Assembly: GCA_015064855.1 (NCBI GenBank)
Contig: SVRK01000004.1
Span: 129,445 to 193,444 of the forward strand
Source: Oscillospiraceae bacterium
GTDB taxonomy: Bacteria; Bacillota; Clostridia; Oscillospirales; CAG-272
Direction: 5' to 3'
Length of the DNA stretch: 64,000 bases
Both the position numbers and the translations under genes were made by a program. Under the pieces are notes generated by a model that searched no databases, was not told where the DNA came from, and saw nothing but the letters and a program-made list of their open reading frames with translations. Below, piece by piece: positions 41,900-49,054 of the stretch; the first letter of the stretch is position 1; every line of letters starts with the position of its first letter.

Positions 41900-41922
41900 C
41901 ACCTCCCTTTACAAAGGAGGCT
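41875..41922. repeat. Right compound inverted repeat of DUF559 cassette 2
   Basis: AAAATCCCTCC, then the hairpin GTCAGCAAAGCTGAC, then ACCTCCCTTTACAAAGGAGGCT. It overlaps the last 8 codons and the stop of the DUF559 gene. Confidence 0.9.
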
Positions 41923-41957
41923 TCTGTTTGCAAAAGAGCCTTGAAAAGGAGTTAGAA

Positions 41958-42608
41958 ATGGAAGCATACAAGAGAGAATTTATTGAGTTTTTACAAAACG
42001 CAGGAGTTTTGAAGTTCGGTGATTTTACTGCAAAGAGCGGTAGAAAAATCCCATATTTTATTAACGCAGGTGAGATTAAGACAGGTGAGAACATCGCAAA
42101 ATTGGGCGAGTTCTACGCAAAGGCTTATCTTGACAAGGTAGGCAACAAGAAAACAGCACTTTACGGCCCTGCATACAAGGGTATTTCAATTGCAGTTTCT
42201 GCATCTGTTGCTCTTGCAAAGGAGGGACTAAACCTTCCATTCTTCTTTAACCGTAAAGAGGTTAAGGACCATGGCGAGGGCGGTATGTTCGTTGGCTATA
42301 AGCCGGGGGCAGGTGACGAAATCGTTATTGTTGAGGATGTAATTACTGCCGGCACCGCTATCCGTGAAACTATGGAAATTATGAAGGGCGTTGAGGGCGC
42401 TAAGGTTGTTGCTTGCTTCGTTATGGTTGACCGCAAGGAAAAGGGTCAAGGCGAAAAGGGCGCAATGGTTGAAATCGAGGAGGAATTCGGCTTCCCTGTA
42501 TATTCAGTTGTTGACGTTTACGATATTATCGAGTATCTAGAAGAAGACGAATCAAACGCTGAAAACGTAGCAAGAATTAAGAAATATAGAGAAGTTTACG
42601 GCGCTTGA
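41958..42608 (+). CDS. pyrE: Orotate phosphoribosyltransferase
   Basis: FGDFTAKSGRKIPYFINAG and the PRPP motif IVIVEDVITAGTA are present. An AAAGGAG RBS precedes the ATG at 41958. Confidence 0.9.
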   Translation: MEAYKREFIEFLQNAGVLKFGDFTAKSGRKIPYFINAGEIKTGENIAKLGEFYAKAYLDKVGNKKTALYGPAYKGISIAVSASVALAKEGLNLPFFFNRKEVKDHGEGGMFVGYKPGAGDEIVIVEDVITAGTAIRETMEIMKGVEGAKVVACFVMVDRKEKGQGEKGAMVEIEEEFGFPVYSVVDVYDIIEYLEEDESNAENVARIKKYREVYGA

Positions 42609-42609
42609 T

Positions 42610-42775
42610 GGCAAATAAGGCGCGAGAACGAAAGGCAAAAGGAACTAAATGGTAAAAATGAAGAAATTTGCAAACAAATTTCATTTTAATTGCCTTTCTA
42701 AACGCGACCACTTGTACTGCCGTACTAAGTACGGCGACGACTTCGTGTTCACGCTTTCTCATCACCTTATTCACT
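42610..42775. repeat. REP-like modules between pyrE and pyrB
   Basis: GCGCGAGAACGAAAGGCAAAAGG and GCGACCACTTGTACTGCCGTACTAAGTACGGCGACG (a perfect 7-bp hairpin) resemble modules at 33340-33390, 47700-47750 and 62270-62320. Confidence 0.6.
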
Positions 42776-42803
42776 CATCAATAAAAGCAATTAAGGAGTT
42801 TTT

Positions 42804-43871
42804 ATGAGAAGTCTAATTGACATAAAAGAGCTAAGTGTAGAGGAAATCGACGATTTAGTTGCAACAGCTCTTGATATAATTGATAATCCTAGTAAATACA
42901 GTGAAAAATGCAAGGGCAAGAAGCTTGCGACCTTGTTCTTCGAGCCATCAACCAGAACCCGTCTTAGCTTTGAGGCAGCTATGTATGAGCTCGGTGGAAA
43001 CGTGCTCGGCTTTTCCGACGCGGGCAGCTCGTCAAGTGCGAAGGGCGAGAGCGTAGCGGACACGGCAAAGATGATTTCCTGCTATGCCGATATTATCGCT
43101 ATGCGCCACCCAAAGGAGGGCGCACCGTTTGTTGCGTCAATGAACGCATCCATCCCTGTTATTAACGCAGGTGACGGTGGACACAATCACCCAACACAAA
43201 CACTTGCAGACTTACTCACAATCAAGCGCAAAAAGGGCAGATTTGACAATTTGACGGTTGGTCTTTGTGGCGACCTTAAATTTGGAAGAACCGTTCACTC
43301 ACTTATAAACGCGCTTAATAGATACGAGGGAGTTAAGTTTGTGCTTATTTCTCCCGACGAATTGAAGGTGCCAAGCTATGTAAAGAATGAAATCAGAAAG
43401 GCGGGCAAGCAATTTTACGAAACCAATGATTTGGTAAGCGCAATGCCCGAGCTTGACATTCTTTATATGACAAGAATTCAAAAGGAGCGCTTCTTTAACG
43501 AGGAAGATTACCTACGCTTAAAGGACAGCTATATCCTTGACCCTGAAAAGCTAGAAGGCGCAAAGAGCGATTTGTCAATTATGCATCCGCTTCCGCGTGT
43601 GAATGAGATTAGCGTGAAGGTGGACTCTGACCCACGTGCACACTATTTTGAGCAAGCGCTCAACGGAAAATATATGCGTATGGCACTTATTTTAAAGCTG
43701 CTCGGTGAGAAGGATATAAATAAGGAAGAAAAATCTTCTTATATAAAAAATGAAATTTTCTGCAAAAACCCAAGATGTATAACGTCCTGCGAGCAGGAGC
43801 TTGACCATATTTTCGAGCTTACTGAAAACGGCGAGCTTAGATGTATTTACTGCGAAGCAAAAGCTAAGTAG
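42804..43871 (+). CDS. pyrB: Aspartate carbamoyltransferase catalytic chain fused to a PyrI-type zinc domain
   Basis: The ATCase motifs [13 protein letters not shown] and HPLPR are present. About 50 extra C-terminal residues follow, reading [13 protein letters not shown]...LRCIYCE. Confidence 0.9.
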   Translation: MRSLIDIKELSVEEIDDLVATALDIIDNPSKYSEKCKGKKLATLFFEPSTRTRLSFEAAMYELGGNVLGFSDAGSSSSAKGESVADTAKMISCYADIIAMRHPKEGAPFVASMNASIPVINAGDGGHNHPTQTLADLLTIKRKKGRFDNLTVGLCGDLKFGRTVHSLINALNRYEGVKFVLISPDELKVPSYVKNEIRKAGKQFYETNDLVSAMPELDILYMTRIQKERFFNEEDYLRLKDSYILDPEKLEGAKSDLSIMHPLPRVNEISVKVDSDPRAHYFEQALNGKYMRMALILKLLGEKDINKEEKSSYIKNEIFCKNPRCITSCEQELDHIFELTENGELRCIYCEAKAK

Positions 43872-43989
43872 GGCTGTGACACAGGGGCAAAACCAAAAAT
43901 AAAAGGCGAAAAAGAGGTACATCGTTTGTCGGTGAGCCTCTTTTGTTTTTGTAAGGTTGAAAAACTTCGTTTTTCCTCAAAAGCTAATG

Positions 43990-44335
43990 CTTTTTGTTTT
44001 CGGGTGGGGCGACCCCACCCCTACGGTGTGTCGTTAATTTTGTTTGTCATTTGTAGGGGAGCATATTATGCTCCCGCTTTTTTCGGGAAGAGCAAGCCCC
44101 CCCTTAGCAGGGCGCAAACCTTTTGTCGCTTTGCGACATTTCCCTTAGCAAGGGAATCTCCCCTACGGTGTACCTCCAATTTGTGCTGTCATTCTGAACG
44201 CAGTGAAGAATCCCAAAGAGAGCCTTCGGCAGGCTCAGGATGACGGTGTACCGATAATTTGAATTATCATTTGTAGGGGCGACCATTGGTCGTCCGTTTG
44301 CACCACATCCGTCGCCTATGCGACGCGGTGCGGGG
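43990..44335. repeat. Cluster of at least six different REP-like hairpin modules
   Basis: The modules are GGGTGGGGCGACCCCACCC; GGGAGCATATTATGCTCCC; the GCGCAAACCTTTTGTCGCTTTGCGACATTTCCCTTAGCAAGGGAA module (also at 48288-48340); GTCATTCTGA...TCAGGATGAC; GGGGCGACCATTGGTCGTCC; and CGTCGCCTATGCGACG. Confidence 0.85.
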
Positions 44336-44481
44336 AAAGAATTTTTGGCTACTTGCAAAAAAATTTAAAAAATGTTAAAATAAATTGTAACCTTTTGGGT
44401 AAAAAATCCGTTTTTATAGGTGAAGGTACCTTAAAGTTCTTTTGAGATGTGTCAAATTGAGTGACATAAGGGGGGAGAAGA

Positions 44482-45033
44482 ATGGACGAAAAGGGAATAG
44501 TTCGGCTATTTTTATCGCGTGATGAAAGCGCGCTTGAAGAAGCTGAAAAGCAATATGGTAAGCTATGCCATTATATTGCCAACAATATTTTAAATTCGCC
44601 TCTTGATGCACAAGAGTGTGTAAATGATACGCTTTTGCGCGCGTGGAATTCCATTCCTCCTGCAAAGCCGAAAAACCTCGGTGCTTATCTATCAAAAATA
44701 GCAAGAAATTTGGCTATTGACAGGTATAACAGAGAGAAAAGTCAAAAGCGCGGGGCAAATACCGAGCCACTTTCTCTTGACGAGCTTGAAGGATGCTTGT
44801 CCGACAACTCATCATTTGTTGACGAGGCGATTTTAAAGGAATGCATAAACTCATTTTTGCGCTCACTTTCAAAGGAAAAAAGGATTGTTTTCGTGCAGAG
44901 GTATTTCTATAACGCAAAAATCTGCGACATAGCAAAAAACAACAATCTGACCGAAAACAACGTTAAGGTAAAATTGCTCCGATTGCGTAAGGCTTTCGAG
45001 GAGCACGTAAAGAAATACGGATTAGGAGGTTAA
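44482..45033 (+). CDS. ECF-type sigma-70 family RNA polymerase sigma factor
   Basis: 183 aa. Region 2 (ECVNDTLLRAWN) and a region 4 HTH (ICDIAKNNNLTENNVKVKLLRLRK) are present. Confidence 0.8.
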   Translation: MDEKGIVRLFLSRDESALEEAEKQYGKLCHYIANNILNSPLDAQECVNDTLLRAWNSIPPAKPKNLGAYLSKIARNLAIDRYNREKSQKRGANTEPLSLDELEGCLSDNSSFVDEAILKECINSFLRSLSKEKRIVFVQRYFYNAKICDIAKNNNLTENNVKVKLLRLRKAFEEHVKKYGLGG

Positions 45034-45034
45034 T

Positions 45035-47539
45035 ATGAAAAAGAAAAATCTCGACAAAATGTTTAATTTAATTGACGACGATATTCTTTCAGAGGCAGAC
45101 CCAACGAAGCCGAAAATCAAGAGTGTATCTAAATTCGGCTGGATGCAAATTGTGGCTGGGGCTGCGTGCTTGATTTTAACACTAAATATGCTTGTTTTTG
45201 CGCCGTTTCTATTTATGAATAATGATGGAAATGACGACACAGACCCACCGTCAACGGGCGTTATCGACTTGCCAAGCTCGGATACGGAAACGGATTCAAA
45301 TAAGCCGTCGGACACTGAATCAAGTGAGACAACCGACACGGATTCAAGCGTACCAAACGAGCCGTCGGACACGGACTCGAATGAGTCAAATAAGCCAAAT
45401 GACACGGACTCAAACGAACCAAGTAAGCCAAATGACACGGACTCAAATGAACCAAGTAAGCCAAATGACACAGACTCAAACGTACAAAACAAGCCCGAGG
45501 AACCGGGCAAGGACGACGATAAGGTGAAATTTGAAACGCTTGGAGGTATAACAAGCATTAAAATACCTGTACCGGGCAAGGGCACACATACAGTAACGTT
45601 GTCCGCACCCTTGACCAACGCGCCAAGCCAATATAAGGACATTATAGCTTCGATGAAGGATATTGCAAAGGGCGAAATTTTCTTCTCACCTGCCAGTGGA
45701 GATTTATCCGACAAAAACGAAGAGTCTATGGAAGATATGAAGGATCAAATAGACGACGCACTCGCAGATCCAGACCTGAAGGACGAATTTATTAAAGAAG
45801 AGCAAGATAAATACGAGGAAACGACGAACAACCAGGTACAGGGCATTATTGAGGGCGATATTATCAAGCGCTCAAGCAAGTACGTTTACTATCTATCCGG
45901 CTCAACCTTAAAAATTTACCCACTCAACGGCATGGAAACAACAGTTTTGACGGAGTTTGACCTAAAAGACTATATAAATGCAATAGAAAAGTCACTTAAA
46001 ATACCATATAATCCACCAGAAAACGAGGAGCTTAAGGACAGAATAGATGAAATAATAGATGTTGCATACAATTCTGAAATGTTCCTCTCAACCGACTGCA
46101 AGACCATAACCATTATAGTGGAGCACTATATTAACCAATATTATTATCCCAATAACGATGATGAAGGCGTTGTAGACGTTTGGGGAGAAGAATATATAGA
46201 AAATAGCAGAAGCGGTAGATATACCTCGCTGATTTCTTTAAACGTTGAGGACCCCGAAAACGTATATCTAAACGATATAACCACGCTTTTCGGTGCTTAT
46301 GAAAGTGCAAGACTCGTTAACGGAGAATTTTTGGTGTTCACAAAGTTCACTCCTCGTTTGGGCGAGCTTGTAATTCCACAGTATAGAGACGGTGAAAGCT
46401 TTGAGTATATCGAGCTTGAAAACATACATTCACCCGAAAAGTACACAAACCACACCTATTTATTATCGTTTATAATAGATTCTGAAAGCTACGAGGTTTT
46501 AAGCAGTGGCGCATATGCCTCGTTCGACGGAGAAATTTACGTGACGGGCGACAATATTTACGTAACACGCGAGTATGAGAGCGAGGAAAGAGTAGAGGAA
46601 AAATATCCTATCTTTAAGGACGGCATAATAGACGGAGACCCACTTAATCCTGAAAACATTGTCGGATACCGCCAAAAGATAACTGTAATAAGAAAAACCG
46701 CAACCGAGATTTTAAGAATTGATTATTCGGGCGGTAGCTTTATAAGACGTGGCACGGTCGTTGTTGACGGATATATCAAGGACAGATATTCAATGAGTGA
46801 AAACCAAGAATTCCTTTACGTTGTAACAACGGTTGGTGGCAATTCCTCTAAAACGGAAATCATTTACGAGGACGGCGAGAAAGAGGGAATATTAAAGGAT
46901 CTTTGGGACACAAGCGAAAAGAGAAGCGCAAGCATATATATCATTGATTTAGAAACAATGGAAGAAATAAGCTCGGTTGAGCGCTTTGCCCCCGATGGTG
47001 AAACTGTTCGCTCCGTTAAATTCGACGGCTACTACGCTTACGTTTGCACCGCTGTGCAGATTATAGACCCTGTGTTCTTCTTTGACCTAACTAACCCATA
47101 CAAAATAACTTATAGTGACACGGGCACAATCCCAGGCTTCTCTGTGAATCTAATAGAGCTTCCAAATGGCGAGCTTCTCGGCATAGGAACCGACGGAAAT
47201 GGCAACGTTAAGTTTGAAATCTACAAAAAGGGCGAAAACAACACAGTAGATATAGTTGCTACCTATTTAGTAGAGGCTACCTCCTATGCGTCTGACTATA
47301 AGGCAATATATATAAACAGGGAAAAGGGGCTCTTTGGAGTCGGTATCAAGAACCGGAAAAAGTCAAACTATGACGGATATGTTATGGTACAGTATCTCGA
47401 CGGATATTTCTCCTTGGTGTTCAAAACGGAGCTCAAGGGAACAAATGATTCCAAAAGAGTTGTATATGACGAGGAAAATGACCTATTCTATCTCTTTGCG
47501 AGCAACGATTTTAAGGTGTTTATTCCAACAATCGAATAG
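45035..47539 (+). CDS. Membrane-anchored beta-propeller domain protein (PF09826-like), putative anti-sigma partner
   Basis: It starts 1 nt after the sigma gene's stop codon. It has a short cytoplasmic N-terminus, one TM segment (WMQIVAGAACLILTLNMLVFAPFLF), a Ser/Asp/Pro-rich repeat linker, and the sequence TNNQVQGIIEGDIIKRSSKYVYYL typical of the beta-propeller family. Confidence 0.75.
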   Translation: MKKKNLDKMFNLIDDDILSEADPTKPKIKSVSKFGWMQIVAGAACLILTLNMLVFAPFLFMNNDGNDDTDPPSTGVIDLPSSDTETDSNKPSDTESSETTDTDSSVPNEPSDTDSNESNKPNDTDSNEPSKPNDTDSNEPSKPNDTDSNVQNKPEEPGKDDDKVKFETLGGITSIKIPVPGKGTHTVTLSAPLTNAPSQYKDIIASMKDIAKGEIFFSPASGDLSDKNEESMEDMKDQIDDALADPDLKDEFIKEEQDKYEETTNNQVQGIIEGDIIKRSSKYVYYLSGSTLKIYPLNGMETTVLTEFDLKDYINAIEKSLKIPYNPPENEELKDRIDEIIDVAYNSEMFLSTDCKTITIIVEHYINQYYYPNNDDEGVVDVWGEEYIENSRSGRYTSLISLNVEDPENVYLNDITTLFGAYESARLVNGEFLVFTKFTPRLGELVIPQYRDGESFEYIELENIHSPEKYTNHTYLLSFIIDSESYEVLSSGAYASFDGEIYVTGDNIYVTREYESEERVEEKYPIFKDGIIDGDPLNPENIVGYRQKITVIRKTATEILRIDYSGGSFIRRGTVVVDGYIKDRYSMSENQEFLYVVTTVGGNSSKTEIIYEDGEKEGILKDLWDTSEKRSASIYIIDLETMEEISSVERFAPDGETVRSVKFDGYYAYVCTAVQIIDPVFFFDLTNPYKITYSDTGTIPGFSVNLIELPNGELLGIGTDGNGNVKFEIYKKGENNTVDIVATYLVEATSYASDYKAIYINREKGLFGVGIKNRKKSNYDGYVMVQYLDGYFSLVFKTELKGTNDSKRVVYDEENDLFYLFASNDFKVFIPTIE
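45392..45490 (+). repeat. Three tandem 33-bp in-frame coding repeats (KPNDTDSNEPS)
   Basis: AAGCCAAATGACACGGACTCAAA(C/T)GAACCAAGT starts at 45392, 45425 and 45458. More degenerate copies lie upstream from about 45290. Confidence 0.9.
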
Positions 47540-47555
47540 GATGGGGTGTCATATT

Positions 47556-48047
47556 AAGGCACAACCGCAAATCGCAAAAACAATAACACAGCAAAAAGGG
47601 GTGTATCCAAAAGGTACGCCCCGCTTGTATAAGATAAGGTTGAAAAGCTAACGCTTTTCTTCATTTGGTGCGAGTTGCTTTCGCCGTTTGCTGAACTCTC
47701 GACGTACGCAAGTACGCCTTCGGTCGCAAACGACGAATTCTGCTCTTAATCTGCCTACCCCGATGGGCGTAAGGCACAACCGCAAATCGCAAAAACAATA
47801 ACACAGCAAAAAGGGGTGTATCCAAAAGGTACGCCCCGTTTGTATAAGATAAGGTTGAAAAGCTAACGCTTTTCTTCATTTGGTGCGAGTTGCTTTCGCC
47901 GTTTGCTGAACTCTCGACGTACGCAAGTACGCCTTCGGTCGCAAACGACGAATTCTGCTCTTAATCTGCCCACCACGATAGGCGTAAGACACAACCGCAA
48001 ATCGCAAAAACAATGGGGGTGTATCCAAGGGATACGCCCTTTATTGT
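47556..48047. repeat. Tandem repeat, 215-bp unit, about 2.3 copies
   Basis: Units start at 47556, 47771 and 47986 with AAGGCACAACCGCAAATCGCAAAAACA. The first two units are nearly identical, and the third is truncated and deleted. A solo 5' fragment lies at 48968-48993. Confidence 0.92.
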
Positions 48048-48141
48048 ATAACGAAAACCACGCGATGGTCGCGTGGTTCAAAAGAGGTTAACCGATGATG
48101 GAAAAGTAAACAAGAGAAAGAGGCAAGATATATTTTTAGAA

Positions 48142-48359
48142 AGGCTCCTTTGAAAAGGGAGCTGTCAGCTTTGCTGACTGAGGGATTATCTCTTAAAATT
48201 CAACTATATTGAAAGGCAAAATGTAAGGAGTAGAATATAGTTTATATAAATAAATCCCTCCGTCTGCCTATGGCGGTCCCCCCCTCTTAGCGAGGCGCAA
48301 CCCTTTTGTCGCGTTGCGACATTTCCCCTCACAGGGGAATCTCCCTTTACAAAGGAGGC
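48142..48359. repeat. Gene-less cassette with the same compound inverted-repeat ends as DUF559 cassette 2
   Basis: The left end is at 48142-48187 (GGCTCCTTTGAAAAGGGAGC, GTCAGCTTTGCTGAC, TGAGGGATT), followed by a 64-bp AT-rich core. The right end AAATCCCTCCGTCTGCCTATGGCGG is at 48252-48276, followed by an inserted module. CTCCCTTTACAAAGGAGGC lies at 48341-48359. Confidence 0.8.
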
Positions 48360-48514
48360 ACAAAAGTCAACACGTTTACGGGTTGCAAGTAGCAAACGCA
48401 TGGCTGACATGCCAATAAAAAGACGCACTTGTGCGTAGCTAGTAGTGTCTAGGGCTATGCCCGAAAATGAAATACCCCTCGTTAGACGGGGGGATATTTA
48501 CTGCTTTTCTGTTG

Positions 48515-48721
48515 TCATAGTAAGGTCTTGGGAATTTCTGTTTTGTTAATCGCTTTGCTTTTGAAATCAAATTCGGGGAAGCAAAGCAAAAAGTAATCAC
48601 ATTCGTCGCAACAGCATTCAAAGCCTTGCTCTCCGTTGCCAAGACAAACGGCACTCTCTCCCGGCGCAAGCTCAACATCGGTAATGTCTATTATCCTTCT
48701 TGTCATATCATTATTGTTCAT
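48515..48721 (-). CDS. Small Cys-rich hypothetical protein (68 aa)
   Basis: A GGGGGAA RBS precedes the ATG at 48721. The sequence is MNNNDMTRRIIDITDVELAPGESAVCLGNGEQGFECCCDECDYFLLCFPE.... The longer listed ORF start lies inside the leader structure. Confidence 0.55.
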   Translation of the reverse strand: MNNNDMTRRIIDITDVELAPGESAVCLGNGEQGFECCCDECDYFLLCFPEFDFKSKAINKTEIPKTLL

Positions 48722-48928
48722 ATATTCCCCCAACAAAAAAAGTGCGCCCCATAAAGGAACGCACCGAAAAAGTGTTCCTTCATTGTTGTCACACAATCTC
48801 TCGCCAGTGTTAGTGGGTATGAGGAAAAAAGGAAACACCTTTTACCAAGATAGTTTCCCACTAACATGAAAAAATATTATTAGATTGTGTGACGAGTATA
48901 TTTTATCACATTACTGTTGATTTGTCAA
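48722..48928 (-). promoter_or_regulatory. Promoter plus ~170-nt structured leader with terminator-like hairpin
   Basis: On the - strand, TTGACA (48928-48923) and TAAAAT (48905-48900) are separated by 17 bp. A 12-bp stem pairs 48893-48882 with 48799-48788. A 9-bp stem pairs 48865-48857 with 48817-48809. The hairpin GUGCG..CGCAC followed by U7 lies at 48764-48734. Confidence 0.5.
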
Positions 48929-49054
48929 TGCTTGATGATAGTCAAACCAAATCGGTTCGATTTTATCAGGCACAACCGCAAATCGCAAAAACAAATCTAA
49001 AAAACAAAAATCAGAAATTCGTTTGAATTTCTTATTTTTTTGCTGAAATTTTTG

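Noticed and set aside
43926-44358. ORFs 43926..44243 + and 44104..44358 -
   Set aside because: They are composed of REP-like hairpin modules, overlap each other on opposite strands, and have no RBS.
45022-45714. 230-aa antisense ORF and other ORFs over the repeat linker of the beta-propeller gene
   Set aside because: They are open only because the sense strand is a low-complexity tandem repeat. The sense ORF has clear domain content.
47556-48047. Possible CRISPR array
   Set aside because: The unit is 215 bp with no unique spacers between units, and no cas genes are present in the window.
47661-48081. Two 72-aa ORFs on the - strand (47661..47879, 47863..48081), plus 47903..48091 +
   Set aside because: They lie entirely inside the 215-bp tandem repeat and are near-duplicates of each other because the DNA is repeated. 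They have no RBS, and their Arg-rich composition is typical of repeat artefacts.
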